A stretch of DNA of 64,000 nt from Alphaproteobacteria bacterium (GTDB lineage: Bacteria; Pseudomonadota; Alphaproteobacteria; Bin95). The translations under genes and the position numbers were made by a program. Shown piece after piece: positions 1-11,503 of the stretch; positions within the stretch are counted from its first letter, which is position 1, and each line of letters starts with the position of its first letter. Where the stretch lies: the NCBI GenBank assembly GCA_963665325.3, contig OZ224045.1, positions 1,152,001 through 1,216,000 of the forward strand. Direction: 5' to 3'. Under the pieces are notes generated by a model, which saw only the letters and a list, made by a program, of their open reading frames with translations, was not told the DNA's origin and searched no databases.

Positions 1-360
1 GCCCAACGCCAGGACTTCCGCCAGAGTTGGGATGCGCGCGCCGTCGCGCGGTTCCTGGTGCGGGAACCTGTTGGCGGTCGGGCCGCCTGTTCTGACTCTG
101 CCGACATCGAAGCCCGACAACGCCGTCATATCCAGGTCCCGGAGGAGCGGCCCGGACGATGCCAGCCACGCTCCGCTGGCGTCGCGCGTGTGGTCCGGGT
201 CGAGCGCCGGGTCGTGATGGACAACGGGAACGCCATCCCGGGTCAGCCCGATGTCGAACTCCAGCCCGTCGACTCCAAGAGCGATCGCACGCTCGAATGC
301 CGGAAGCGTGTTTTCCGGCAACAGCCCGCGCGCGCCGCGATGCCCTTCTATTTCCAGCAT
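1..360 (-). CDS. ugpQ: glycerophosphodiester phosphodiesterase (runs off the window start)
   Basis: Manual minus-strand translation from ATG at 360: MLEIEGHRGARGLLPENTLPAFERAIALGVDGLEFDIGLTRDGVPVVHHD, with the GDPD motifs HRG, ENT, ExD and HD; directly downstream of ugpC. Confidence 0.88.
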   Translation of the reverse strand, partial: MLEIEGHRGARGLLPENTLPAFERAIALGVDGLEFDIGLTRDGVPVVHHDPALDPDHTRDASGAWLASSGPLLRDLDMTALSGFDVGRVRTGGPTANRFPHQEPRDGARIPTLAEVLALG

Positions 361-368
361 CCGTGCGC

Positions 369-1454
369 TCAGACCAGGCGGCAGCCGCTATCGGGATCGA
401 AGAAGTGGACATGCTTCGGCGCAACCGCCAGGGAGAGTGTCTCGCCGGCCGCGACTTGCCGGGCGCCGTCCACGCGCACCGTCACCGTCGCGCTCTCTCC
501 GCCGTCGACCAGCTGTCCGTGGACCAGGCTGTCCGCACCGAGCGCCTCGACGAGTTCGGCGACGACCTCAAGCGCCGCTGCCTCACGGGAAACGGGCTCC
601 AGATGCTCCGGGCGGATACCGACGACGATCCGGCCCCCTTCCGGGAAGACAGGCGGCGCAACGGGCATCGTCCCGCCCGAACCGTCCAGAATCGCGCCGC
701 GCCCGTCTTCCGCGACCGTCCCCGGCAGGAAGTTCATCGCGGGCGATCCGATGAAGCCGGCGACGAACAGGGTGGCGGGCGCATCGTAAATCTCGAGCGG
801 TGTGCCGATTTGCTCCGCCACTCCGGCATTCATCACGATCAGCCGGTCTGCGAGCGTCATCGCCTCCACCTGGTCGTGGGTCACATAGAGGCTGGTGGTT
901 CCGAGAGCGCGCTGCAGCCGTTTGATTTCCAGCCGCATCTGCACGCGCAGCTTGGCGTCGAGATTCGACAGCGGCTCATCGAAGAGAAAGGCCTCCGGCT
1001 CGCGGACGATGGCCCGGCCCATCGCCACGCGTTGGCGCTGGCCGCCGGACAGCTGGGCGGGCCTCCGGTCGAGCAACCCTTCCAGCTGAAGGGTCCCGGC
1101 GGCTTCGGCCACCCGACGCGCGATCTCGCCCCTGGGGGTGCGCCGGTTGCGCAGGCCGTAGGCCATGTTGTCGAACACGCTCATATGGGGATAGAGCGCG
1201 TAGTTCTGGAACACCATCGCGATGTTCCGGTCTGCAGGCTCCAGGTCGTTGACGCGATTTTCGCCGATCCGCACCTCCCCGTCCGTCACCGTTTCGAGCC
1301 CGGCGACCATGCGCAGCAGGGTGGATTTCCCGCAGCCCGACGGACCGACAATGACAACGAATTCGCCGTCGCTGACCGTCATGTCGATTCCGTGGATCGC
1401 CTTCACCCCATTGGGGTAGGTCTTTCGCACACCGACGAATTCCAGCCCGGCCAT
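369..1454 (-). CDS. ugpC: sn-glycerol-3-phosphate ABC transporter ATP-binding protein
   Basis: Walker [14 protein letters not shown] signature, [12 protein letters not shown]-like C-terminus; operon context. Confidence 0.92.
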   Translation of the reverse strand: MAGLEFVGVRKTYPNGVKAIHGIDMTVSDGEFVVIVGPSGCGKSTLLRMVAGLETVTDGEVRIGENRVNDLEPADRNIAMVFQNYALYPHMSVFDNMAYGLRNRRTPRGEIARRVAEAAGTLQLEGLLDRRPAQLSGGQRQRVAMGRAIVREPEAFLFDEPLSNLDAKLRVQMRLEIKRLQRALGTTSLYVTHDQVEAMTLADRLIVMNAGVAEQIGTPLEIYDAPATLFVAGFIGSPAMNFLPGTVAEDGRGAILDGSGGTMPVAPPVFPEGGRIVVGIRPEHLEPVSREAAALEVVAELVEALGADSLVHGQLVDGGESATVTVRVDGARQVAAGETLSLAVAPKHVHFFDPDSGCRLV

Positions 1455-1493
1455 GCCGTCAACTCCCTCGAACCGCCCGCCCGGCGCCGGCGG

Positions 1494-2342
1494 TCATTTC
1501 TCCTGCTCGATCAGCCCCTTCACGAACAGGCGCTGCATGAAGACCACGACCAGGACCGGCGGCAGCATCGCCAGCATCGCGGTCGCCATGATCTGGTGCC
1601 ATGCCGGCTCGGCATCCTCCGCCTGGAGCATGCGCTGAATGCCCATGACGATCGTGTAGAAGCTCTCGTCCGTGGTGACCAGAAGCGGCCACAGATACTG
1701 GTTCCAGCCGAAGATGAAGAGAATGACGAAGAGCGCCGCGATATTGGTCCGGGAGAGGGGCAGCAGGATGTCGCGGAAGAACTTGAGCGGCCCCGCCCCG
1801 TCTATGCGCGCCGCCTCGGCGAGTTCCTCGGGCACGGTCAGGAAGAACTGCCGGAACAGGAATGTCGCCGTCGCGCTCGCGATCAGCGGCACAGACAGGC
1901 CCCAGTAGCTGTTCAGCATATCCAGGCTGGCCACCACAGCGAAGGTCGGCAGGATGCGGACCTCGACCGGCAGCATGAGGGTGATGAAGATGACCCAGAA
2001 GCACGTCTTGCGCAGCGGAAAGCGGAAATAGACGATGGCGAAGGCGGCGATGATCGAGATCGCGATCTTGCCCACGGCGATCATCAGCGCCATGACGAGC
2101 GAATTCCAGAGCATCGTGCCGACCGGGATGCTGCCTGCGGCTTTCACGCCGGAACCGAGCACGGTCGCGTAGTTCTCGAGCATGTTGCCGCCCGGCAACA
2201 GCGGCGTCCGCCCCGACAGCATGGAGTCGGCCGGATGCGTCGAGGCGACGAAGGCAATCCAGATCGGGAGCGCGGTGACCAGCACGCCGAGACAGAGCAC
2301 GACATGCGAGAAAACCGTGAGCCAGGGGCGGTTTTCGACCAT
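1494..2342 (-). CDS. ugpE: sn-glycerol-3-phosphate ABC transporter permease
   Basis: MVENRPWL N-terminus, EAARIDGAG EAA loop, multiple TM segments. Confidence 0.92.
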   Translation of the reverse strand: MVENRPWLTVFSHVVLCLGVLVTALPIWIAFVASTHPADSMLSGRTPLLPGGNMLENYATVLGSGVKAAGSIPVGTMLWNSLVMALMIAVGKIAISIIAAFAIVYFRFPLRKTCFWVIFITLMLPVEVRILPTFAVVASLDMLNSYWGLSVPLIASATATFLFRQFFLTVPEELAEAARIDGAGPLKFFRDILLPLSRTNIAALFVILFIFGWNQYLWPLLVTTDESFYTIVMGIQRMLQAEDAEPAWHQIMATAMLAMLPPVLVVVFMQRLFVKGLIEQEK

Positions 2343-2355
2343 GATCCTCCGCCCC

Positions 2356-3237
2356 TCAGTAGGCCACTTTCCGCTCGATATAGCGGAACTGGAACACGGT
2401 GAGCGTTATGACGACCGCCATGAGCACGACCGACTGCGCCGCCGAGCCGCCGAGGTCGAGTCCGATGAAGCCGTCGCTGAACACCTTGTAGACGAGGATG
2501 GTGGTGGACTGCGCCGGGCCGCCGCTCGTGGTCGCGTGCACGATGCCGAACGTGTCGAAGAACGCATAGACGATGTTGACCACCAGCAGGAAGAAGGCGG
2601 TCGGCGAGAGCAGGGGAAAGACAATCGTCCAGAACCGCTTGAAGGGGCGGGCGCCGTCGATGGCAGCCGCCTCGACGAGGGATCGCGGGATCGCCTGCAG
2701 CCCTGCAAGGAAGAACAGGAAATTATAGCTGACCTGCTTCCAGGACGCCGCCAGGATGACCAGCATCATGGCGTCGGTACCATCCAGATAGTGGTTCCAG
2801 TCGTAACCGATCCCCTTGAGCAGGTAGGCGAGAATCCCGATGGACGGATTGAACATGAAGAACCAGAGCACGCCCGCCACCGCAGGGGCGACAGCATAGG
2901 GCCACACGAGCAGGGTTCGGTAGGCTGTGGCACCCTTCAGCACCCGGTCCGCCATTACCGCAAGAAAGAGCGCGACGCCGAGCGACAGACCCGCCGTTGC
3001 CGCCGAGAAGACGACCGTGCGGGCGAAGCTGTTCAGATAGTAGGGGTCGGAGAAAAGGGCGATGAAATTGTCGAGCCAGACGAACTGGCTCTTGAGGCCG
3101 AAGGCGTCTTCGAGCAGGAGCGACTGGTAAAGCGCCTGACTCGCCGGCCAGATGAAGAAAACCAGCGTGATGACGATCTGCGGGGCCACCAGAAGTATCG
3201 GCAGGCCCAGCTTGGAGAATACGACCCGTTTTTCCAT
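2356..3237 (-). CDS. ugpA: sn-glycerol-3-phosphate ABC transporter permease
   Basis: EAAAIDGA loop, C-terminal [11 protein letters not shown] typical of UgpA. Confidence 0.92.
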   Translation of the reverse strand: MEKRVVFSKLGLPILLVAPQIVITLVFFIWPASQALYQSLLLEDAFGLKSQFVWLDNFIALFSDPYYLNSFARTVVFSAATAGLSLGVALFLAVMADRVLKGATAYRTLLVWPYAVAPAVAGVLWFFMFNPSIGILAYLLKGIGYDWNHYLDGTDAMMLVILAASWKQVSYNFLFFLAGLQAIPRSLVEAAAIDGARPFKRFWTIVFPLLSPTAFFLLVVNIVYAFFDTFGIVHATTSGGPAQSTTILVYKVFSDGFIGLDLGGSAAQSVVLMAVVITLTVFQFRYIERKVAY

Positions 3238-3320
3238 GGCGCGGCGGTGCAGGACGGCACGCCCGGTGGCTTCGCCCCCCTATTTTCAGGCGAAGCCGCC
3301 GGGCGAACGCGAAGTGCCGG

Positions 3321-4637
3321 TTAGCCTCCGGTCGCCGCCTCGAATTTGCGCAAGAGCGCATTGCCGCGCGAAACGGCGTCGTCCAGCCCTTCCTGCGCCG
3401 ACTTCGAGCCACCCCAGATCGATTCCAGCTCCTCATTGATGATGTCGCGGATCTGGACGAAGCTGCCGAACCGCAGGCCCTTGGAATTCTCGGTCGGGGC
3501 CTTGCCCGTCATCTGCTGGATCGCAACGTCCGTGCCGGGGTTCTTGTCGTAGAAACCCTGCGAGGCGGTCAGCTCATAAGCGGCCGTTGTGATCGGCAGA
3601 TAGCCGGTGAACTGGTGCCAGTCCGCCTGCACTTCCGCCGATGACAGATAGGAGAAGAAGCTGGCCACGGCCTTGTAGTCCTCCGCATCGTGCCCTTGCA
3701 GCACCCAGAGGGTCGCGCCGCCGATAATGGTGTTCTGCGTGGCGGCCCCGACATCCGGCCAGTGGGGCAGTGCGGAGACGCCGAACTCGAAGTCCTTGGC
3801 GTTGGCTCTCACGCCGGCATAGGACGCGGATGAGTTCATGTACATCACGCATTCCTGCCCGTAGAATTTCGGCGCGCTCTCCGAACGCCGGCCGCCATAG
3901 TCGAAAATCTTCGACTTCTGCCACTCGGCGAGCTGCCCGATATGCTTGGCATGCGCCGGGCTGTTGAACACGAACTCGGTATCGGTGCCGGCAAAGCCGT
4001 TGGCCTTCGTGCCGATCGGCAGGTTGTGCCAGGCCGAGAAATTCTCGATCTGCACCCAGGATTGCCAGCCCGTCGTGAAACCGCAGGGATAACCGGCGGC
4101 CTGCGCCTTCATGGCGGCGGCCTCGACCTCCGGCCAGGTTTTCGGGGGCGCGGCAATCCCGGCTTTCTCGAACGCGGTCTTGTTGTAGTAGAGCACCGGC
4201 GTCGAGCTGTTGAAGGGCATGGAAAGCATGTTGCCGTCGGTGTCGGTGTAGTATCCCGCAACCGAAGCCAGATAGTCCTTCGGATCGAAGGCCTCGCCCG
4301 CATCCGCCATCATGCTGTAAACCGGATAGATCGCGCCCTTCGCCGCCATCATGCTGGCCGTGCCGACTTCGAAGACCTGTACGATATGCGGCTGCTCCTT
4401 GGCGCGGAACGCTGCAATCGCGGCTGTCATGGTCTCGGTGTAGTTGCCCTTGTAAACGGGGTTCACCTTATAGTCGGACTGGGATGCGTTGAATCCCTCG
4501 GCGATTTCGACGACCTTCTCGCCGAGCTTGCCGCCCATGGCGTGCCACCATTGGACTTCGGTCGCGGCCAAAGCCGAGCCGGCATAGGCGACGGCCATCG
4601 TTGCGCCGACCGCGGTCAGCAGGAACTTGGGTTTCAT
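3321..4637 (-). CDS. ugpB: sn-glycerol-3-phosphate ABC transporter substrate-binding protein
   Basis: Signal peptide, WWHAMGG, QVFEVGTASMM, NTIIGGATLWV; GGAGG RBS before ATG 4637. Confidence 0.93.
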   Translation of the reverse strand: MKPKFLLTAVGATMAVAYAGSALAATEVQWWHAMGGKLGEKVVEIAEGFNASQSDYKVNPVYKGNYTETMTAAIAAFRAKEQPHIVQVFEVGTASMMAAKGAIYPVYSMMADAGEAFDPKDYLASVAGYYTDTDGNMLSMPFNSSTPVLYYNKTAFEKAGIAAPPKTWPEVEAAAMKAQAAGYPCGFTTGWQSWVQIENFSAWHNLPIGTKANGFAGTDTEFVFNSPAHAKHIGQLAEWQKSKIFDYGGRRSESAPKFYGQECVMYMNSSASYAGVRANAKDFEFGVSALPHWPDVGAATQNTIIGGATLWVLQGHDAEDYKAVASFFSYLSSAEVQADWHQFTGYLPITTAAYELTASQGFYDKNPGTDVAIQQMTGKAPTENSKGLRFGSFVQIRDIINEELESIWGGSKSAQEGLDDAVSRGNALLRKFEAATGG

Positions 4638-5039
4638 CGGGACCTCCAAAGAAATCGTTCGCCGCGGCGGGGCCGGGGCTACGGACTGAGCACTCTACCG
4701 GACTCGAGTTTCCGGCGGTAGGCTTTGTCCTCCGCCCGAGGTGTTCCCGAAGAAACGGACAATCTGAGCATCGGTCCGGCATTCCGGTCCGAGATCGCGG
4801 TGTTCCTTCTCATCACCGAGATCGACAGCACACTACCGGGACGTCGGGCTATCGGAGATTCTTCCTTCGTGACGAAGTTGAACTCCGGGGCATCGCCGCA
4901 ACTGTCCGCCCTCGAGCGGACCCGCGCGTGGACGCGCAAGACTGTCAGCTATGGAGAACGCGCCGCGATCACGCGGTCCAACCAGCCTCACCAAAAGACT
5001 TCCGGAGCCTCGTTGTCCGTCCGTTAACTCCAGCCGTCC

Positions 5040-6011
5040 TCAGAAGCCATAGCGCAGCGACAGCCGCACGCCATGGCCCCGAAGCCTCGCCTCCGTCGGC
5101 GCGAGGTCGAGCGGCCTCGGATCCCTGCTTCCGTCGTGCCAGACCACTTTGCCGGGGCCCCGGTCCGTACGGACCTTCCCGAGATCCGTGTAGCGCCAGG
5201 CCAGATCGAGTGTCGCCCGCTCTCCCACCGCCATGGCGACCCCGGCCGTGACCATCCAGGCCAGCCCCGCGCGGCTCCCGCCCGGCACGGTCGTCGTCGT
5301 CGTGGGAAACGTCATGGTCGTCTTCCCGATCCGGGTATGGACGACGCCAACGCCGGCACCGACGAACGGCGCGAACAGGCCCCGCCTCGGTAGGCCCGTG
5401 CCGTCGAGGTCCACGAAGCCGGCCAGCATCCCGGTAACGGACGACAACTTCGCCGCAACATCCTCGCGGCTCCCCGGCGCCAGGAAGTTCGCCCGGCCCT
5501 CGAACGAATAGTCCGGACGATACTCGACCAGCACCTCGTAGCGCACCGGACCGTCCGCGTAGCCAAGCCCGAGTTCGATCGCAGGAACGGTCCCGAAATC
5601 GCCGACCGACCGGTAGGGCGCGCCGTCACCGCCGGTTCCGCACCCATAGAGCGCGGCCGGCGCGGTGCTGGAGCAATCGGTGTCGGAGAACGTCGTCCTG
5701 TCGGACCGATCCAGCCCGATGCCGCCACGGAGATAGAAGTCACCGGCCAGGGCCTCCATGGGGGCAAGCCATATACCCGCTGCAAACGCGATTGCCGTCA
5801 GGCGGATCGTCCGCGCGCGCCCGCTCGGCGAAGCGATGCGCGCCGACGTCCTCGTACCGTCGGGTCGGGGACAGGGCGCCGCCGGGCAATCCGTAGCTCG
5901 CGACGTGATCGACTTGGGCCCAACTCCCATCACATGGCGATTTGGGCCGCCCGTTCTGTGAACGACTTCCACCATATCCCCGCAAAAGCCAGACATATCA
6001 ATATGTTGCAA
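5040..6011 (-). CDS. outer-membrane beta-barrel protein (opacity/OmpA-like transmembrane family); true start probably downstream
   Basis: Signal-like segment before DFYLRGGIG, APFVGAGVG, LDLAWRYTDLG, C-terminal aromatic LRYGF. Confidence 0.75.
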   Translation of the reverse strand: MQHIDMSGFCGDMVEVVHRTGGPNRHVMGVGPKSITSRATDCPAAPCPRPDGTRTSARIASPSGRARTIRLTAIAFAAGIWLAPMEALAGDFYLRGGIGLDRSDRTTFSDTDCSSTAPAALYGCGTGGDGAPYRSVGDFGTVPAIELGLGYADGPVRYEVLVEYRPDYSFEGRANFLAPGSREDVAAKLSSVTGMLAGFVDLDGTGLPRRGLFAPFVGAGVGVVHTRIGKTTMTFPTTTTTVPGGSRAGLAWMVTAGVAMAVGERATLDLAWRYTDLGKVRTDRGPGKVVWHDGSRDPRPLDLAPTEARLRGHGVRLSLRYGF

Positions 6012-6241
6012 CGCCGATCAGCGTCCTGTATGACAGCCGAATAACAGCCTCGCAACGGTCGGCGCCTTGCTGCATGATCTGGCGGCCGATAGTGACGCGA
6101 AGTATGTCGCGGCGAAGCATTTTCAGGCATCGCAGTCAATCCGTGGCCGTGACGCAACTTATTGGAAACAAAGTGCTTTTAGGGATAACGGAGAAGCCGA
6201 ATAGCAGGAACCAAGGTTCCCACAGGATTTCCGATCCCCTC

Positions 6242-6331
6242 TGGCGGTGGGGGTGGGATTCGAACCCACGGTACGCTTGCGCGTACAACGGTTTTCGAGA
6301 CCGCCCCGTTCAACCGCTCCGGCACCCCACC
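6242..6331 (-). tRNA. tRNA-Ser(CGA)
   Basis: Reverse complement GGTGGGGTGCCGGAGCGGTTGAACGGGGCGGTCTCGAAAACCGT...GGTTCGAATCCCACCCCCACCGCCA; 90 nt, long variable arm, anticodon CGA, encoded CCA. Confidence 0.96.
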
Positions 6332-6505
6332 GCTGACGGGTCGTCGCGCGGGTTCTTATCAGGCAGGCCCGTATTCCGCCAACCTCTTTCTGTGCAGGCG
6401 GGCGGTGGGGGGAGTTGCGAGCGCTGTTGACAGTCTGCCCGGCGGCTGTATGTTGACCCGCCTTGCGCAGCGGGCGCGGTCGGTTTTCGGGCAGGTTCAG
6501 GGGTT

Positions 6506-6850
6506 ATGTTCGCGGTCATTCGCACGGGCGGCAAGCAGTATCGCGTTGCCGAGGGAGAAACCATCCGCGTCGAGCGGCTGGCGGGAGAGGCCGGTGACGG
6601 GCTCGTGTTCGAGGATGTGCTGATGCTCGGCGGCGAGGGAGCCGCGAGGGTTGGCACGCCGCTGGTCGCGGGCGCGCGCGTCTCCGCCACGCTGGTCGAG
6701 CAGGCGCGGGGCGCCAAGGTCATTGTGTTCAAGAAGCGCCGGCGCCAGAATTCGCGGCGCAAGAACGGCCACCGCCAACACTATTCCCTGGTCCGTATCG
6801 ACAGCATTGCGGACGACTCCCAACCTTCCGGAGGCAGCGATGGCGCATAA
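6506..6850 (+). CDS. rplU: 50S ribosomal protein L21
   Basis: [14 protein letters not shown]...KNGHRQ. Confidence 0.97.
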   Translation: MFAVIRTGGKQYRVAEGETIRVERLAGEAGDGLVFEDVLMLGGEGAARVGTPLVAGARVSATLVEQARGAKVIVFKKRRRQNSRRKNGHRQHYSLVRIDSIADDSQPSGGSDGA

Positions 6851-7097
6851 GAAGGCAGGCGGCAGCTCCCGCAACGGCCGCGACAGTCCGGGCCAGCGCC
6901 TCGGCGTCAAGAAGTATGGCGGCGAACTCGTCATCCCCGGCAACATTATCGTGCGCCAGCGGGGCACCCGATTCCATCCGGGCGACAATGTAGGCCTCGG
7001 GCGCGACCATACGCTGTTCGCGAAGGCAGAGGGGCGGGTGCAATTCCGCCGCCGCGCCGGCGGACGCCAATACGTCTCGGTGCTGCCCGAGGCGTGA
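6840..7097 (+). CDS. rpmA: 50S ribosomal protein L27
   Basis: [16 protein letters not shown]. Confidence 0.98.
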   Translation: MAHKKAGGSSRNGRDSPGQRLGVKKYGGELVIPGNIIVRQRGTRFHPGDNVGLGRDHTLFAKAEGRVQFRRRAGGRQYVSVLPEA

Positions 7098-7119
7098 AGC
7101 TGCCGGGACAGCGGCGCCG

Positions 7120-8151
7120 ATGCGCTTTCTGGACGAAGCGAAGGTTTATCTGAAGAGCGGCGACGGCGGACCCGGCGCGATCGGCTTCAGGCGCGAGAAA
7201 TACGTTCCTTTCGGCGGACCGGATGGCGGTGACGGCGGGCGCGGCGGCGATGTGTTCGCCGAGTGTGTCGCAGACCTCAACACGCTGATCGATTTCCGCT
7301 ACCGCCAGCATTTCAAGGCGGCCCGCGGCGGTCACGGCGCGGGCGCCAGGCGCACCGGCCGCGACGGCGCGGGCGCGGTGCTCTCCGTGCCGCCCGGCAC
7401 CCAGATACTCGACGAGGACCGCCGCCTGCTGCTCGCCGACCTCACGCTGCCGGGCGAACGTGTGCTGCTCTGCCGGGGCGGCGCGGGCGGGCGCGGCAAT
7501 GCCCGCTTCAAGTCCTCGACCAACCGGGCGCCGCGCCGCGCCGAGCCGGGTTGGCCGGGCGAGGAGCGCTGGATCTGGCTGCGCCTCAAGCTGATCGCCG
7601 AGATCGGCCTGCTCGGCCTGCCCAATGCCGGCAAATCGACCTTGCTCGCCGCCGTCTCGCGCGCCCGGCCCAGGATCGCCGACTACCCCTTCACGACGCT
7701 CGTGCCGCAGCTCGGCGTGGTGGGCATCGACGATGACAGCTTCACGATGGCGGATATTCCCGGGCTGATCGAGGGCGCGCACCGGGGCGCGGGCCTGGGT
7801 CACCGCTTCCTCGGTCATGTCGAGCGGTGCAGCGGTCTGCTGCATCTGGTGGACGCGACGGGGGACGATCCGGTTGCGGCGTGGCAGACGGTTCGCGGAG
7901 AGCTGGAGGCTTATGGCGACGGCCTTGCCGGGAAACCCGAATTCCTGGCGCTCAACAAGTGCGACGCGGTGGACGGCACCACTGCGGCCGGGCTGACGGC
8001 GGCGCTGGAGCGGCATTCGGGGCGGGAGGTTCTTCGGGTTTCGGGCGCGGCCGGAACTGGCCTCAAGGCCCTCCTGCGCCGTTTGTCGGCAGCAGCGAAG
8101 GCGGGCAGAGTGGCCGCCGATGCACGCAAGGAAACCGCATGGACGCCCTGA
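7120..8151 (+). CDS. obgE: GTPase ObgE/CgtA
   Basis: Gly-rich Obg domain, [21 protein letters not shown]. Confidence 0.97.
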   Translation: MRFLDEAKVYLKSGDGGPGAIGFRREKYVPFGGPDGGDGGRGGDVFAECVADLNTLIDFRYRQHFKAARGGHGAGARRTGRDGAGAVLSVPPGTQILDEDRRLLLADLTLPGERVLLCRGGAGGRGNARFKSSTNRAPRRAEPGWPGEERWIWLRLKLIAEIGLLGLPNAGKSTLLAAVSRARPRIADYPFTTLVPQLGVVGIDDDSFTMADIPGLIEGAHRGAGLGHRFLGHVERCSGLLHLVDATGDDPVAAWQTVRGELEAYGDGLAGKPEFLALNKCDAVDGTTAAGLTAALERHSGREVLRVSGAAGTGLKALLRRLSAAAKAGRVAADARKETAWTP

Positions 8152-9248
8152 AGAATGCCCGGCGTATCGTCGTCAAGATCGGCTCGTCGCTGCTGGTGGA
8201 CGACCGGCGGCGTCTGCGCCGGGCGTGGCTCGACGGGCTCGCCGACGACATTGCGGCGCTCCGCCGGGACGGGCGGGAGGTGCTGGCGGTGTCCTCCGGC
8301 GCCATCGCGCTGGGCCGCGGCGCGCTCGGGCTGAAACGGGGGCAACTCCGGCTGGAGGAAAGCCAGGCCGCCGCCGCCATGGGCCAGATCGTTCTCGCCC
8401 AGGCTTGGCGCCAGGCGCTCGGCCGGCGCGAGGTGCCGGCGGCGCAATTGCTGTTGACGCCGTCTGATACCGAAGACCGTCGCAGCTACCTGAATGCCCG
8501 CAACACCGTCGCGACCTTGCTGCGACACGGCGCGGTGCCGGTCATCAACGAGAACGACACGGTCACGACCGAGGAAATCCGCTTCGGCGACAATGACCGC
8601 CTGGCCGCCCGCGTGGCCCAGATGGCGGGCGCGGACCTCCTGGTGCTGCTGTCCGATGTCGACGGACTTTATACGGCCGACCCGGCGCGCGACCCGAATG
8701 CAGACCATATCGCGCATGTCGATGCGGTGACGGACGAAATCGAGGCGATGGCGGGGCTCACCCGGTCCGATTACGGCAAGGGCGGCATGACGACGAAGCT
8801 CGCCGCCGCGCGCATCGCGCTCGGCGCCGGAACGGCGATGGCGATCTGCGACGGCCGCGCCGACCGTCCGCTCAGCCGTCTGGCAAATGGTGCGCGCGCC
8901 ACATGGTTCCGCCCGCAGGCGACGCCGCGCAGGGCCTACAAGGAGTGGATCCGGGCGACCCTCGGGACGGCCGGGAGCCTGACCGTGGACGACGGCGCGG
9001 CTGCCGCCCTCAGGCGCGGCACCAGCCTGCTGCCCGCCGGTGTCACCGGCATCAGGGGGGCCTTCAAGCGCGGCGACGCGGTTGCGGTCGAGGACGGACA
9101 GGGGCGCGAGCTGGCGCGCGGCCTGGTCGCCTACGATGCCGACGAGGCGCGGCGCATTCTCGGCCTCAGAAGCGCGGACATCGAGGCGGCCCTGGGCTAT
9201 CGTGGCCGCACCGAGATGATCCATCGCGACGACCTGGTGGTGACATGA
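8139..9248 (+). CDS. proB: glutamate 5-kinase
   Basis: [23 protein letters not shown]-terminal PUA domain. Confidence 0.96.
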   Translation: MDALKNARRIVVKIGSSLLVDDRRRLRRAWLDGLADDIAALRRDGREVLAVSSGAIALGRGALGLKRGQLRLEESQAAAAMGQIVLAQAWRQALGRREVPAAQLLLTPSDTEDRRSYLNARNTVATLLRHGAVPVINENDTVTTEEIRFGDNDRLAARVAQMAGADLLVLLSDVDGLYTADPARDPNADHIAHVDAVTDEIEAMAGLTRSDYGKGGMTTKLAAARIALGAGTAMAICDGRADRPLSRLANGARATWFRPQATPRRAYKEWIRATLGTAGSLTVDDGAAAALRRGTSLLPAGVTGIRGAFKRGDAVAVEDGQGRELARGLVAYDADEARRILGLRSADIEAALGYRGRTEMIHRDDLVVT

Positions 9249-10501
9249 GCGAAGATGCAATCGAGATCGTGGCCCGGCTCGGCCGGGAGGCGCGGGCGGC
9301 GGCGGACTGCCTGGCGGTGACGACGGGCGAGACCAAGGACCGGGCGCTGAGAGCCGCAGCCCAGGCGGTGCGGGACCGGTGTCCGCGCCTGCTGGAAGCG
9401 AATGCGCGCGACCTGGAGAGCGCCGCCCATCTGCGCGCTTCGCTGGTCGACCGGCTCCGGCTCGACGAAGAGCGCGTGGAAGCGATCGCGCAGGGGCTGG
9501 AGGCAGTCGCCGGTCTGCCCGATCCTGTGGGGTCCGTGGCCGGTTCCTGGACGCGGCCCAACGGGTTGCGCTTCGAGCGCATCCGCACGCCGCTCGGCGT
9601 GGTCGGGATCATCTACGAGTCCCGCCCGAATGTGACCGCCGACGCCGGAGGCCTCTGCCTGAAATCCGGCAATGCGGCCATCCTGCGCGGCGGGTCGGAG
9701 AGCTTCCATACCAGCACGGCTATCGTCGAGGCCCTGCATGAGGGGCTGGAGGCGGCCGGCCTGCCGAAGGGCTGCATCCAGCTCGTGCCGACGCGGGACC
9801 GCGCGGCCGTCGGCGCCATGCTGTCCATGCGCGGCGCGATCGATGTTGTGGTGCCGCGCGGCGGCAAGGGATTGATCCAGCGTGTGCTGGACGAGGCGCG
9901 GGTGCCCGTGATCGGCCATCTGGAGGGCCTCTGCCATGTCTATGTTGACGGGGCCGCAGACCTGGAGAAGGCGCGGCGGGTCGCGCTCAACGCCAAGATG
10001 CGCCGCACCGGCGTCTGCGGCGCGGCGGAGACCATCCTGTTCGACCGCGCCTCCGTTGAAAGCCATATGCCGGCGATTCTCGACGACCTGATCGCGGCGG
10101 GCTGCGAGGTACGCGGCGACGCCGATGTGTGCGCCGCCGAAGGCCGGGCGGTGCCAGCCGAGGAGGAGGACTGGAACACGGAATATCTGGACGCCGTGAT
10201 TTCCGCCCGGGTGGTCGATGGCGTGGAGGGCGCGGTCAGCCATATCCAGCGCTACGGCTCTCGGCATACCGACACGATCCTGACCGAGAACGCGGCCGCG
10301 GCGGAGCATTTCCTCGCTCATGTCGATAGCGCCATCGTGCTGCACAACGCCTCCACGCAATTCGCGGACGGCGGCGAGTTCGGCTTCGGTGCGGAAATCG
10401 GAATTTCGACCGACAAGTTCCATGCGCGCGGTCCGGTCGGGGCCGAACAGTTGACGAGTTACAAATATGTGGTGCGGGGCGACGGTACGGTGAGGCCCTG
10501 A
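9245..10501 (+). CDS. proA: gamma-glutamyl phosphate reductase
   Basis: [40 protein letters not shown]. Confidence 0.97.
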   Translation: MSEDAIEIVARLGREARAAADCLAVTTGETKDRALRAAAQAVRDRCPRLLEANARDLESAAHLRASLVDRLRLDEERVEAIAQGLEAVAGLPDPVGSVAGSWTRPNGLRFERIRTPLGVVGIIYESRPNVTADAGGLCLKSGNAAILRGGSESFHTSTAIVEALHEGLEAAGLPKGCIQLVPTRDRAAVGAMLSMRGAIDVVVPRGGKGLIQRVLDEARVPVIGHLEGLCHVYVDGAADLEKARRVALNAKMRRTGVCGAAETILFDRASVESHMPAILDDLIAAGCEVRGDADVCAAEGRAVPAEEEDWNTEYLDAVISARVVDGVEGAVSHIQRYGSRHTDTILTENAAAAEHFLAHVDSAIVLHNASTQFADGGEFGFGAEIGISTDKFHARGPVGAEQLTSYKYVVRGDGTVRP

Positions 10502-10504
10502 GCG

Positions 10505-11503
10505 GTGCATCCGGCGCATGTGCGCCTCGCGCCGTCGGCGGCGCGTGTCCGCCTCACGCCGGCGGCGGGGCGCATCGGCCTTCTCGGCGGGTCCTTCAAT
10601 CCCGCCCATGCCGGCCACCGGCATGTCTCGCTGGAAGCACTGAAGCGCTTGCGCCTCGACCGGGTGTGGTGGCTGGTGTCACCGCAGAACCCGCTCAAGG
10701 CGGAAGACGGCATGGCGCCGCTGGAGGAGCGCGAGGCAGTTGCCGCCGCCATCGCCGACCACCCGCGCATCGCCGTGTCCTCGCTCGAGACCGGCCTCGG
10801 CACCCGCTATACGATCGACACCGTAAAGGCGTTGAAGCAGCGGTTCCCGGCGGTCGATTTCGTCTGGCTGATGGGGGCCGACAACCTTCGCCAGATGCCG
10901 CGCTGGCGCCGCTGGCAGCAGTTCTTTCGCGAGGTACCGATTGCCGTCTTCGCGCGCTCGCCCTATCATTCGAATGCGGCCTACGGTATGGCGGCCGTGC
11001 GGTTCGCCGGGGCGCGGCTGCGTCCGGGGCGGGCCGTGCTTCTGGCCGGCGGCAAGCCCCCGCTGTGGTGCTATCTGCCGGTTCGCCGCCATCCGGCGTC
11101 CGCGACGGCCATAAGGAGTACCCGTTCGTCGATGCAGACATCCATTGCGACTGCCCCGGAGTCGCCCGGCAGCCCTGACCTGATGGGGGCCGTGCGCGCG
11201 GTGCTGGACGAAATGAAGGCGCTCGACGTGGTGGAAATCGACATGCGCGGCAAGACGGCCGTTTGCGATGACATGGTCGTCGCGTCCGGCGGCTCGCAGC
11301 GCCATGTCCAGGCGATTGCCGAAAAGCTGGTTGATGCGCTGAAGCCGATGCTCCCCGCCGTGCCGCCGGTCGAGGGCGCGGCCCAGGGGGACTGGGTGCT
11401 CGTCGACGGCGGCGATGTCATCGTCCACCTGTTCCGCCCCGAGGTCCGCGACTTCTACCGGCTGGAGAAGATGTGGGGCTCACTGTCTCTGGACCGCCCG
11501 TAA
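10505..11503 (+). CDS. nadD: nicotinate-nucleotide adenylyltransferase in one reading frame with ribosome silencing factor RsfS (RsfS part from ~11132)
   Basis: GGSFNPAHAGH (HIGH-type motif) and WLMGADNL, then with no stop the RsfS motifs VVASGGSQRHV and WVLVDGGDVIVHLFRPEVRDFYRLEKMW. Confidence 0.9.
   Translation: MHPAHVRLAPSAARVRLTPAAGRIGLLGGSFNPAHAGHRHVSLEALKRLRLDRVWWLVSPQNPLKAEDGMAPLEEREAVAAAIADHPRIAVSSLETGLGTRYTIDTVKALKQRFPAVDFVWLMGADNLRQMPRWRRWQQFFREVPIAVFARSPYHSNAAYGMAAVRFAGARLRPGRAVLLAGGKPPLWCYLPVRRHPASATAIRSTRSSMQTSIATAPESPGSPDLMGAVRAVLDEMKALDVVEIDMRGKTAVCDDMVVASGGSQRHVQAIAEKLVDALKPMLPAVPPVEGAAQGDWVLVDGGDVIVHLFRPEVRDFYRLEKMWGSLSLDRP

Noticed and set aside
159-2402. Long antisense or alternate-frame ORFs (e.g. 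747 aa here, also 39963-41477, 53073-54518, 57789-59456)
   Set aside because: Shadow ORFs of well-supported genes, as expected in GC-rich DNA; no independent motifs.
5040-6331. Island integrated at tRNA-Ser
   Set aside because: No duplicated tRNA 3' end or integrase was seen downstream of the tRNA.
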